A model generated the notes under the pieces. It ran no database searches and had not been told where the DNA came from. It was given only the letters and a program-made list of their open reading frames with translations. From Phormidium sp. (GTDB lineage: Bacteria > Cyanobacteriota > Cyanobacteriia > Cyanobacteriales > Aerosakkonemataceae): a DNA stretch of 64,000 nt. The DNA lies in the NCBI GenBank assembly GCA_051013385.1, contig CP143273.1, forward strand, positions 448,001 through 512,000, read 5' to 3'. The position numbers were made by a program, and so were the translations under genes. Of this stretch, positions 51,422-60,288 are shown piece after piece (the first letter of the stretch is position 1; every line of letters begins with the position of its first letter).

Positions 51422-51652
51422 CGCTATTACCAGTAGGTTTCCCCTTCGTAAACATCTCAGGACTAGATCGCTCAACTCCAGCCTAGTCCAGGTACTATCG
51501 CTCATTAGTTTCACGGAAACCAAACCGTAATAGCGATAGTACCTGAGACTAGGCACAGTCAAGAGCGGGCTAGTGATGCGTGGGCGGACTAAGCGCAAGG
51601 ACAGCGATCCACTGTCCAGAATGCAAGGCTGTTGGTGCCTACTGGTATAGCG
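51422..51652 (-). ncRNA. Retron ncRNA (msr-msd)
   Basis: Terminal inverted repeats CGCTATTACCAGTAGG (51422-51437) and CCTACTGGTATAGCG (51638-51652); long msd-like hairpin 51481-51554; short msr-like hairpin 51599-51617. Confidence 0.82.
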
Positions 51653-51662
51653 CATTTGAAAG

Positions 51663-53306
51663 TTACCTGCGTTGACGAGAGTGATGTGTTCTTAAAGCCA
51701 AAATGTGTTCACATGGCCCTTTGAACAACTTATTTTGTAAGTGCCAATTGCAGGTACAATCTGCTTGAATTATACGCTGATCTGAGTCGATCGTCAAAGA
51801 TGGATTATATACATTTCCCTTATCTTTAACTTTACCTTGCAAGATTAAAACATCAGCAGCATCGCCCGTACAAGAAGTAACTTCGACGGCATTTTGACTC
51901 AAAAAACGAGTCGCTTTTTCTTCTCTTTCATTAGCAAAACGTAACTTATCCATTGGTAGCGGTTCCCGACTTAATTCCCGCACCCGATATACTTGCTTAT
52001 TTAAGTCAAAAATTGCACTACCAGCTTGCGTGTAACTACTTAAAGCGCCGAGAACTAGAGAACGGTCTAAGTTCAATCGACGGGCAAGCACATCGGGCGG
52101 TTCAGCCCAATTTTGTTTTAAAGCGTTGAAAATTTGCTGTTTTGTCAGGTTATCTACTTCGGCGCGAGGTGCCATCAAGTCAAAGTTCCCCGCTTGCGCC
52201 CAATCGTTACTCGTCCATCCCGACAAACCCAAGGTAAAGGACAAATCGCCCAAATCTGCAACGTAAAATGAAGGCATCCCCGTACCGAGTAGATGAACGG
52301 TAAACTTTTTCGCAATGGGAATCAGGCGTTCCAAGATGTGCAAGCGACGACGACCCCAAACGCGAATTACCTGTTCGTCATTTCCCAAGTAGGGAGAACG
52401 GGAACACACAACCTCAATATTCCAAGGTTCAAACACTACCCGCACAGGCTGTCCTGGTGTTAAATGATACCTCATTCCCCTGGGGCTTTGTTTTTCTTTG
52501 TGTCGCCGCAAAACAAAACAAAGATTGTGAACATCCATCGGGTGTAAATCGAATTTTGTTGCGGGTAAAGACATGGCGGAACTTACTTGTAAAAAACCCC
52601 TTACCCAGCTATCTGGTAAATCGATTTTGACTTCTTTAAATGATTCTTCGTTGGTAGTTTGAACTTCAAAACCGGAAGGATCGACTTCTAATTTTGTTTT
52701 CTTGTAATTGCGGATTTTCTGAAATTCGTTGTACAGATCGTGAGAGTAATCAATATTAGTTGTTCCGCAAGCAAATTCATCGATATTTTTAAAGACTTCG
52801 TAACTTGCGCCCAGTCGCCCATAACTTGATTCATCGACGCTAAAACATTCAAAAAATATCTCGTCTGGGTGAACTGTAATTACTGGATCGAAGAGAAAGT
52901 AAATGTCTAATTGTTTGCGGAATACGTATTGACGGAATTTTTCTCTTGCATCATAGTATGGTTTGAGGCGTTGATAGTGGCGATCGCTTAATACTTTAAG
53001 TTCGGCGTACAATTCATTCATACTCTGGGTAATTTCTTGCTTTTGTACTGCCATCCTTTGCCAATCAATTTCTAACTGTTTCGCCGCCCATTCTTTATAT
53101 TCTGTTTTGTCTTTTGGTTTAAAACGTAAGTCGGAAACAACTACATCATGTAAGGCGCTAATTGCTTCCCGGAATGCGATATTTTGGCGTAATTCTCCGA
53201 TGAAAAAAGTAGGTTCGCGCTTGGTGTCGGGGGAGAATGACATCTGAGTGCGATCGCCCCTATCCACAACAGCAGTACTTCCCTTGTAAGCGTAATTTAC
53301 TTCCAT
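51663..53306 (-). CDS. SWIM zinc-finger protein (retron-associated)
   Basis: C-terminal CTC-x12-CEH SWIM motif; DPVITVHPDEIFFECFSVDESSY and LPDSWVRGFLQV segments. Confidence 0.88.
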   Translation of the reverse strand: MEVNYAYKGSTAVVDRGDRTQMSFSPDTKREPTFFIGELRQNIAFREAISALHDVVVSDLRFKPKDKTEYKEWAAKQLEIDWQRMAVQKQEITQSMNELYAELKVLSDRHYQRLKPYYDAREKFRQYVFRKQLDIYFLFDPVITVHPDEIFFECFSVDESSYGRLGASYEVFKNIDEFACGTTNIDYSHDLYNEFQKIRNYKKTKLEVDPSGFEVQTTNEESFKEVKIDLPDSWVRGFLQVSSAMSLPATKFDLHPMDVHNLCFVLRRHKEKQSPRGMRYHLTPGQPVRVVFEPWNIEVVCSRSPYLGNDEQVIRVWGRRRLHILERLIPIAKKFTVHLLGTGMPSFYVADLGDLSFTLGLSGWTSNDWAQAGNFDLMAPRAEVDNLTKQQIFNALKQNWAEPPDVLARRLNLDRSLVLGALSSYTQAGSAIFDLNKQVYRVRELSREPLPMDKLRFANEREEKATRFLSQNAVEVTSCTGDAADVLILQGKVKDKGNVYNPSLTIDSDQRIIQADCTCNWHLQNKLFKGPCEHILALRTHHSRQRR

Positions 53307-53345
53307 AGCAATTGTTATCCTTGAATGGTTATAAATCAGATAAAT

Positions 53346-53570
53346 TCAAACTAATTGAAGCGGTTTACCAAATTGTATAGGTTCGGGAAGAGGTTTGCCA
53401 TCTTCTGTGTAAGTATCTACTAAAAGTTCTAACACTTCTTGAGCATTTTTGAGTGCTTCTTCATAACTATCTCCATGAGTATGACAGTAATCACTCCATT
53501 CGGGGAGAGTGACAATATAACATTTATCTTCGTCAGACCATTGAATAACTATAGTGTAACGATAATTCAT
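53346..53570 (-). CDS. hicB: HicB-family antitoxin (orphan)
   Basis: YTIVIQWSDED...LPEW...THGDSYEEALKNAQEVL...PLPEP; no hicA seen adjacent. Confidence 0.85.
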   Translation of the reverse strand: MNYRYTIVIQWSDEDKCYIVTLPEWSDYCHTHGDSYEEALKNAQEVLELLVDTYTEDGKPLPEPIQFGKPLQLV

Positions 53571-53690
53571 TGTTTCCCCTTTTATATCTTTTTTTTAAAC
53601 CACGAAGACACGAAGGACACGAAGGAAGAAGAAGAAAGAAGTGGAAGAAGATAAAAAAAGGAGTAACTAACTCGAATTTATTATCTGCGT

Positions 53691-56600
53691 TCATCTGCGT
53701 TCATCTGCGGTTTTAAATTCTTTGACTAAAATTGGCAGTTCCAAATCAGGATAAGTGCGTTTGATGTTTACCATACATTCGATCGCAGCTGCCTTATCAG
53801 CTATTACCATTGTTGCAGATTGTCTGGTCATTATTTCTGCTACTACGGTAGCAGCTTCTAAACTCTTTTGTGCCTCCCCATTCAAAAAAGCAAAAATCCG
53901 TTTTTTAGCTACACTTCCACGATTGACCAAAGATAAAACTGTGATAAAATAAGATGTTAATTCCTCCAATTTTTCTGGATCGTTAACAGCATAGCTTTCC
54001 AAATAGTTGGTTACAAATAACTGCATATCTGCTGCTGGATGTTCGCTAAACTTCAGCAAATACTCTTGTCCGTCAGCTTCTTTAAAATAGCGAGTTACCA
54101 AATTTCGCCCAAAACTGCGAACTTCTTCTTTGATGCTGTCGCAGAGAGTAATTAACACGCTGGGTGTCAAATCTTCCGCAGTGAAGAAAGTATTGAATAA
54201 GCGAAAACCAAACTCTTGACTATCTTCCCATTTACTCTCAACTATTCGCACCCCTGATAACATTTCCTGTTCATTTCCCCGCAAGCGAGGCAAGTTTTTC
54301 AGAAATATTTGTCTCGCTGCTTCTCGCACAGCTAAAATTTCATTATCCGCCAGCTTAACTATTTCCATTGTCTCAAATTCTTCTGCCCATTTATCAGCGT
54401 TGGCGATGATTACATACCCTGCTAATTCCTGAGTTGCAGAAGATTTCGCTTTTAGCAATCTCAAAGCAGTATCTTTGCTAATATTTGTCATCCATTCTGG
54501 CAAATCTTCCTTCAAGAAACGGACGAGATATTGACAAACCTCTTCCTTTGTTTTGGATATCATTAAAATGTCAATAATTTCCGTTGCTAACCTAGCGGCA
54601 AAATCAGAATTATCTATTGCAAGTCGGCGAATAACTGGGCGAATGGCGTTACGAATATCTGCTAATTCATGAGTTGCCATTGCCATCAGTAATGAATACT
54701 GACTTAATAAAGTAGAATCGGGAAGTTGTCCAAAAATTCTAATTCCAAGTCCGCGAATTGATTCATATTCTGAGACAATTAAAGAATCGATTAATCCGGG
54801 TGGTAAATTTTCGGCTGAAGTTTCATGATTTACGAGAATTCTTGCACCTAATTCTTGCACTTCTAATACCGGATGTCTCAACAAATCTTGGATAATTGAC
54901 ATTCCCAAAGTGCGTAACTGAGGAGTAAAACAAGTTAGGAGAGTTTCCGCGATGTCTTTTGCTTTTTCTCCTGCGTCGTTGGGTAATGCTAATACTTCGG
55001 TGATGATTTTAACGATTAAAAGTTTTGCTGTATTCTCATTGAGAATTGAAGAATTGAGGAGTTGACGGGCGAATTGGCGAGTTTCAGCAATAGGATTAGT
55101 GGCTAAAGAAGTGATAAAATTAGCATCAGCAAGAAAGGGTTCTCTTGTTTCTTCAATCCAACGGTAAGCTGTTTTTCTTGCTACGGGAATTACACAACTC
55201 GCTAGGGCTAAAACTAATTCTAAATTAGGTGCAGCAGAATTGTAAAGACTTTGGGCTAATTCAAAAGCAAGTCTCGCTGTAGCTAGATATTGTTTGTTCA
55301 GCAATTTAATGATTGTCGCTGCGTCTAATTCTCTACAAAACTGTGAACATTCACGCAATATTTGGACGGCGAATTTATGTACAGGTTGGCAGTTACTTTC
55401 TAATAATAAGTTTAACAATTCTCTGGGTTGTTGTTCCCAAAGAGTGGGGAAAGCTTCTTCCCGCACTTTAGGTTCTGAATCTCCTGGTTTATAGTTTTCT
55501 TTACATAACCACGCTTTGTTATTTTCTCTGTATTCATAACGGGGGCTATTCTCATAAAGGATATGATTAAAGGTGAGATAACCAGCGTAGATGTCCCAGC
55601 TTCTACTAATAGTAACGCTTTGCCAATTATTGTTGAACCTTTGCCATCGAGAAAAATTTGTTTGTTTCGCTGGTTGTGCATCATTATCGGAGTATTGTAA
55701 GAGAATGCTAGCAGCAATTTTTACATAGTTTTCATCGCCTATTTCTCCTAATTCTTTAAGCGTGCGCCACACTCGTTGCCGCAAATAATCACGGGTAACA
55801 CCACTATAAGCAACTTTTGATTTATGACTTTTTAGTTCGTCTCTATAATATTGCCATTTGTTCTTCTCTGCGTCCCAAAATCTGCCCCATTTTGCGTGGC
55901 TAATTTCGCTAGTTTCTTTTTCTAATCGATAAACTATAAGCGCAAAGAGTTCTGCATCTAAGCGATATTCGGCTATTTTGAAAATGTGACGAATTTGTTT
56001 GAAGTAGTTGGGTTTAAAGGGTGCGGTTCGCAGAATTTCTAAGAGTGCTGGACGGACATTTTCGTTGTTGATTTGGTAGATTGTATCGAGGATGGTGAAA
56101 CCTTGGTAATCGCAAGTTTTTAGATATTCGGTTAAGCTGTTGGTAAATTCGATCGCTGAACCGTTTTTAGCTAATTCTTGTAATGGCGTTGGTAGTTCGG
56201 CTATTTTTTGCGATCGCAAATTCTCCTTTTCTATTTCCTCCGAAAGTTTAAACGCTGCTTCCCAAGAAATTCGCCGCACGAATTCGGGGTTTTGGGGATT
56301 TTGGTATAAGTTTTTCAGGGTGGGTAAAGCTGTGCGATCGCCACAGTTCCCCAATGCCCAAGCTATGCAATAATCTCTTAAAGGTTCCCCTGTGCCAATC
56401 AGTTTTAAAAGTTCGGGAACTGCTTCGGTAATTTTTAATTCTCCCGCACGCCAAATTACTCTTTCTAAGGGCCATTTCTTACTGTTTCTGTCAACGAGTC
56501 GCGTTAAAATTGCCTGTTTTTGTGAGTCTGGATTTGGCGGATTCAGGGTTTTTGGTGCGGGAGTTTCAGTAACTATTGTGTTGCTAACATCTTGATAGCC

Positions 56601-56822
56601 TTTTTTAGTCTTTTCGCCCACTAATTTCTCGAAGACTTTTTCAGCTTGGGCTAAAGTTACTGGTTGCTGGGTTTTAACTCCTTCTTTGAGGGTAGCGCCT
56701 CTGCGACCGTAGCGGAAGTTTACCACGTATCGATCGGTCCCAACCAAACAAAGATCGACTTCATAAACTTTATCGGAAGTTCCTTCTTGGTAATGAAGGG
56801 TAGTTCGCTTAATTAGTTGCAT
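53691..56822 (-). CDS. WGR-domain plus HEAT/ARM-repeat protein (retron-associated)
   Basis: N-terminal WGR-like domain (SDKVYEV...FRYGRRG...EKTKKGY) followed by about 900 aa of helical repeats; ATG 56822 preferred. Confidence 0.88.
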   Translation of the reverse strand: MQLIKRTTLHYQEGTSDKVYEVDLCLVGTDRYVVNFRYGRRGATLKEGVKTQQPVTLAQAEKVFEKLVGEKTKKGYQDVSNTIVTETPAPKTLNPPNPDSQKQAILTRLVDRNSKKWPLERVIWRAGELKITEAVPELLKLIGTGEPLRDYCIAWALGNCGDRTALPTLKNLYQNPQNPEFVRRISWEAAFKLSEEIEKENLRSQKIAELPTPLQELAKNGSAIEFTNSLTEYLKTCDYQGFTILDTIYQINNENVRPALLEILRTAPFKPNYFKQIRHIFKIAEYRLDAELFALIVYRLEKETSEISHAKWGRFWDAEKNKWQYYRDELKSHKSKVAYSGVTRDYLRQRVWRTLKELGEIGDENYVKIAASILLQYSDNDAQPAKQTNFSRWQRFNNNWQSVTISRSWDIYAGYLTFNHILYENSPRYEYRENNKAWLCKENYKPGDSEPKVREEAFPTLWEQQPRELLNLLLESNCQPVHKFAVQILRECSQFCRELDAATIIKLLNKQYLATARLAFELAQSLYNSAAPNLELVLALASCVIPVARKTAYRWIEETREPFLADANFITSLATNPIAETRQFARQLLNSSILNENTAKLLIVKIITEVLALPNDAGEKAKDIAETLLTCFTPQLRTLGMSIIQDLLRHPVLEVQELGARILVNHETSAENLPPGLIDSLIVSEYESIRGLGIRIFGQLPDSTLLSQYSLLMAMATHELADIRNAIRPVIRRLAIDNSDFAARLATEIIDILMISKTKEEVCQYLVRFLKEDLPEWMTNISKDTALRLLKAKSSATQELAGYVIIANADKWAEEFETMEIVKLADNEILAVREAARQIFLKNLPRLRGNEQEMLSGVRIVESKWEDSQEFGFRLFNTFFTAEDLTPSVLITLCDSIKEEVRSFGRNLVTRYFKEADGQEYLLKFSEHPAADMQLFVTNYLESYAVNDPEKLEELTSYFITVLSLVNRGSVAKKRIFAFLNGEAQKSLEAATVVAEIMTRQSATMVIADKAAAIECMVNIKRTYPDLELPILVKEFKTADERR

Positions 56823-56952
56823 CGTGGTTCTTCCTGTGTCGAAAATCTTCCATCCCGCCAAGGACTCAAGTCCCTGGCTAATAGCTTAAGTCCTCTGAAG
56901 AGGACTGAAAAGAGACATTTAATCCAATGTAATGTAACGCAAGTTGCCGATT

Positions 56953-57137
56953 AGATCCCCCCTAACCCCCCTTACCAAGGGGGGAACCAGATTCAAATTA
57001 CCAAAGGGGGGAACCAGATTCAAACTCCTTTCAAAGTCCCCCTTACCAAGGGGGAACCAGATTCAAATTACCAAAGGAGGGAACCAGATTCAAACTCCTT
57101 TCAAAGTCCCCCTTACTAAGGGGGATTTAGGGGGATC
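56953..57137. repeat. Tandemly amplified palindromic repeat
   Basis: TTACCAAGGGGGGAACCAGATTCAAA about four times, between GATCCCCCTAACCCCCCTT and AAGGGGGATTTAGGGGGATC arms. Confidence 0.85.
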
Positions 57138-57223
57138 GAAATGTACAGACTCATAACTAGCTATTTAGATTAATTTAATTATTTTTGTAAACCGGGGATT
57201 TGCTTCCCCGGTGGGATGCGAGT

Positions 57224-57562
57224 TTAACCTGCTGCCAAACTTTCGACGCTGAGTGGCACCAATTCGCCTTGGCGCGTGAGTCCTAATAACATGGGTTCTT
57301 GGGGTTGTATAAACTGTCCTGTAAGTACGCAACGTTCTTCTTTTTGCGCTGTGGCGGGTATACTGGCTCTGATATCCAACTTGGAAAATTGGGGTTTGTA
57401 CGAACCTGATTTTTGTTGGACGTAATTCCAGAGGATTTCCCGGATTAATGCCTGATATCCCTGATTGCCAGCTAGGTCTTTCAGTCGATCTTTTAATTCT
57501 CTCTCTAAACGGATGCTGGTAACGTCCATTTCGGTGGTAGAGGTACGAGTAATGGCTTGCAT
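57224..57562 (-). CDS. trcR: Ribbon-helix-helix (CopG-like) regulator, TrcR/All0854-like
   Basis: VTSIRLERELKDRLK...YQALIREILWNYV RHH pattern; divergent from an HNH/alr0857 operon as I recall for Anabaena PCC 7120 all0854. Symbol rests on recalled synteny. Confidence 0.7.
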   Translation of the reverse strand: MQAITRTSTTEMDVTSIRLERELKDRLKDLAGNQGYQALIREILWNYVQQKSGSYKPQFSKLDIRASIPATAQKEERCVLTGQFIQPQEPMLLGLTRQGELVPLSVESLAAG

Positions 57563-57594
57563 GATCTTTTCTCCAAAAAAGGGTGGACAAATCT

Positions 57595-57612
57595 ATAATA
57601 CAAGTGTAGTAT
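57595..57612. promoter_or_regulatory. Candidate operator in the divergent promoter
   Basis: TAATACA-AG-TGTAGTA imperfect palindrome (also AATAC-N7-GTATT), overlapping a TATAAT. Confidence 0.45.
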
Positions 57613-57687
57613 TTAAAAAGTAAGATTTCTAAGATACAGCTTTCAAAAACTACTACTGTGATTCACCAACACTCTGTTTCCACTCAA

Positions 57688-57909
57688 ATGCCTTCTTCCC
57701 CACGCTTCGACGGTGGCAACCAAGCCTCGTGGTGTGTTGGAATTGGTATAGGGGTGGATTATTTGTTGCGGGGAATCTATATTTTTGGAGAACGAGATTG
57801 GTCAAAAGATGGCGGATTTATTAATTTCGTCAGTCATCAATTTAATCTAGAAGCAAATTTACCGAAACGAAGCGGGAGGTACAGGCGCAGAATCACTGTA
57901 CCTGCATAA
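57688..57909 (+). CDS. Small leader-like ORF (asr0855-like position)
   Basis: MPSSPRFDGGNQASWCVG...RRRITVPA*; sits between the RHH gene and the HNH gene. Confidence 0.45.
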   Translation: MPSSPRFDGGNQASWCVGIGIGVDYLLRGIYIFGERDWSKDGGFINFVSHQFNLEANLPKRSGRYRRRITVPA

Positions 57910-57934
57910 ATAAGAAGAACCAAAAAACCTTCTT

Positions 57935-57970
57935 ACCCCCGCTTCTAACTAAAAAGAGGCGGGGGTTTTT
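57935..57970 (+). terminator. Intrinsic terminator-like hairpin ahead of the HNH gene
   Basis: ACCCCCGCTTCT/AGAGGCGGGGGT 12-bp stem (one G-U) followed by TTTT. Confidence 0.65.
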
Positions 57971-57987
57971 AAATAAGGAGTTGAATC

Positions 57988-58530
57988 GTGACGATAGCTT
58001 CGCAACCGCAGATACGCAATCCAATGGATGTATTAGGACAGTCGGTGGTGGTTTTTTCCCAGAACTACTTGCCGATGAGTCGAGTCAATATTAAACGCGC
58101 AGTTGTTTTGCTGGTGACTGGTAAGGCGGAACCGCTGGATCTGATTAAAGGAAATACTGTGCAGATTCGATCGCCTTCCCAAGTATTTCATGTTCCACAG
58201 CAGATTCGTCTGACTGTTACCAGCAATGAACGATTGTGGAAAGTGCCTCCGGTGAATCGGCGTGAGGTTTTGCGGCGAGATCATTATAGCTGCCAATACT
58301 GCGGTAGCACGAAGAAATTGACGCTGGATCATGTCATTCCCCGATCGAAGGGCGGAAAACACAGCTGGGATAACGTAGTTATTGCCTGCGAAAGGTGTAA
58401 CTCTCGAAAGGGCGATCGCACTCCTTTACAAGCGGGAATGCTATTGCGAAGTCAACCGAAAGCGCCTATGCACCCAGCAGTCACTTTTGCCGAACAGTTC
58501 TGGCGCGAACAGCAAGAAAATCTGGAATAA
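57988..58530 (+). CDS. HNH endonuclease
   Basis: VLRRDHYSCQYCG...TLDHVIPRSKGG...WDNVVIACERCNSRKG; AAGGAG RBS. Confidence 0.93.
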   Translation: MTIASQPQIRNPMDVLGQSVVVFSQNYLPMSRVNIKRAVVLLVTGKAEPLDLIKGNTVQIRSPSQVFHVPQQIRLTVTSNERLWKVPPVNRREVLRRDHYSCQYCGSTKKLTLDHVIPRSKGGKHSWDNVVIACERCNSRKGDRTPLQAGMLLRSQPKAPMHPAVTFAEQFWREQQENLE

Positions 58531-58549
58531 AAGCGGGAGAAACCCGATA

Positions 58550-58939
58550 ATGCTGAAACTCACTTACACCGAAAATGGCTTTAATTTGGAGCGTCTGGCG
58601 CAATCTCTAGAAGATTGGGTTACGACACGGGTGATTCTGTCCCTCCGCGCTGGTTGGCATATTTGCGTTGAACCGAGCACTGCTTCGTTCTTGCTACCTG
58701 CCGATTTGCCAGGGATTGAACGTCTGGAAATTGAGGCAAGACGCGAAGATTCTGAAATTATCTCTGTAAGTGCTTGCGATGTCGATTATGTCGAAATTAG
58801 TTTGCGCGGCAGCTGGGTTTCGGCAACTTCTGAGTGTGATGAAGGTGTTTTTGTCGTCACGATGAGCGATCGAACTGAATTCTTTTTGTTTAAACTGTGG
58901 CAGCAAGCGCAAATTGTCGCTTCCTGCGTGAGTGAATAA
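58550..58939 (+). CDS. alr0857 family protein
   Basis: MLKLTYTENGFNLERL...VEPSTASFLLP...EFFLFKLWQ; follows the HNH gene. Confidence 0.8.
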   Translation: MLKLTYTENGFNLERLAQSLEDWVTTRVILSLRAGWHICVEPSTASFLLPADLPGIERLEIEARREDSEIISVSACDVDYVEISLRGSWVSATSECDEGVFVVTMSDRTEFFLFKLWQQAQIVASCVSE

Positions 58940-59064
58940 AATCTCTTGTAGGGTGGGCATCTTGCCTGCCCAATTTTTATGGAAAATGGGGAGAAGTTGT
59001 GAAAATAGAAGCTTGTCTGGGCATACTTAGCCTAGAAGCTTCTCAAATTTAATAACACCGAATT

Positions 59065-59568
59065 ATGGAATACTCTCCCGCACAAACAGCTATCGCCGCT
59101 AATATACAAGCTCTGGCAATTTGTGAACGCGACTATAAAAAAGCTCAAGCTGAAGCAGATAAATGGGAAAACCTATATCAGCGTGCTTTAAAGGCAAAAT
59201 CTGATGATTCTGTAATTAAAGAGATAGTTTTTTACAAGAAGATTCATGCAAAAAAAGCCCGAAAATTGAAAGCCATGTTAGATGAGCAAAAGGAGAAATT
59301 AGATAATCTAAAACTAGAAACTCGTTTACGTGAGTTAGAAAGCGATCTTGAAGCGATGAAATACCAATTACTTAAGCAACAGGCGGCTACTGAACAAATG
59401 CTTCAATTAAATGCAACAGCTTTAAGCGAACTTAGAGAAATGATAAAGCAAAATTGCCTTACAAAACCCGATTCTAACAATTCTGTTACTTTGCCATCCA
59501 GTTCTCCATCTAAATTATCTGTTGACGAAGATTTAGAAAAACTCAAAAAGCACATGGATAAATTATAA
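59065..59568 (+). CDS. Coiled-coil protein resembling a truncated PspA/Vipp1
   Basis: AEADKWENLYQRALK and the C-terminal VDEDLEKLKKHMDKL resemble PspA/IM30 segments. Confidence 0.5.
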   Translation: MEYSPAQTAIAANIQALAICERDYKKAQAEADKWENLYQRALKAKSDDSVIKEIVFYKKIHAKKARKLKAMLDEQKEKLDNLKLETRLRELESDLEAMKYQLLKQQAATEQMLQLNATALSELREMIKQNCLTKPDSNNSVTLPSSSPSKLSVDEDLEKLKKHMDKL

Positions 59569-59617
59569 TTAATAGCCAAAATGATGAAGAAACGATATCT
59601 TACTCTTCCCCACTCAC

Positions 59618-59778
59618 CCGCCTGCGAATCAATTCGCAGGCTAATAGCTAAAGTCCATTAAAATGGACTGGAATTAATATCTAAATTCTGGGAAAATTTA
59701 GTCCTCTTTAGAGGAGTTTCGCTATTAGCCTGGAAATTGATTTCCAGGCGGGATGTGGATACTAGTAAAAGATTTGAG
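59618..59778. repeat. Dispersed palindromic repeat (copy of 17431-17620)
   Basis: CCCGCCTGCGAATCAATTCGCAGGCTAATAGCTAAAGTCC...CGCTATTAGCC. Confidence 0.8.
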
Positions 59779-60028
59779 AGGGAAATAGATGGGTAGCATC
59801 ATTAACAAAGAAGTGTATGCTAAATTGTGTGTAAATGCTAATTTAGACAACTACATAGTCGGTAAGCAGTAGCATTTGCTAAGTTTAGACTGTTGTACCA
59901 ACCTCTAAATCACTGCCAATTTAGCAATTGCAATCACTCTGCCATCAAGTTATTCCGACAACTTGCTGTGCCGTGCCAGCCTTTACTGAATTGGTACTTT
60001 TCCGGTGAGTGAATAATCAAGAATACTT

Positions 60029-60056
60029 AAAAGGCGCTCTGTTGTGCGCCTTTTTG
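60029..60056. terminator. Bidirectional terminator-like hairpin
   Basis: AAAAGGCGC-TCTGTTGT-GCGCCTTTTT. Confidence 0.55.
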
Positions 60057-60288
60057 GTAATACTGTATTTTTAATTATTTCTTTAGCTTATTAATTGAAA
60101 AATTGTCTTAACTATGCTTTTTTATGGGCAATTTTTCCATAAATTATGTTAAATTATAAAAGTACCAAAATCACCAATCAATAAGTGAGCTAGCTATTAT
60201 GTCATAGCTCCTAGTGTAGACGCATAACTCGTTGTTTTCAAATTAGAAAACAAACGATTGGTGTGTTTACTAATAGGAGTAAAAATAC

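Noticed and set aside
51362..51655. 97-aa ORF in the track
   Set aside because: Overlaps the structured retron ncRNA and the start of the next gene; no protein-like features
56953..57137. Possible CRISPR array
   Set aside because: Units are adjacent or separated by the same repeated sequence, with no unique spacers and no cas genes; it is an amplified palindromic repeat
57165..57590. 141-aa ORF overlapping the RHH gene
   Set aside because: Alternative frame of the recognisable 112-aa RHH protein
58382..58549. N-terminal extension of the alr0857-family ORF
   Set aside because: Overlaps the HNH gene; ATG 58550 follows a GGAG RBS and gives the expected start
59780..60020. Possible degraded gene on the minus strand
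   Set aside because: Coding-like fragments with several stops, but no family I can recognise
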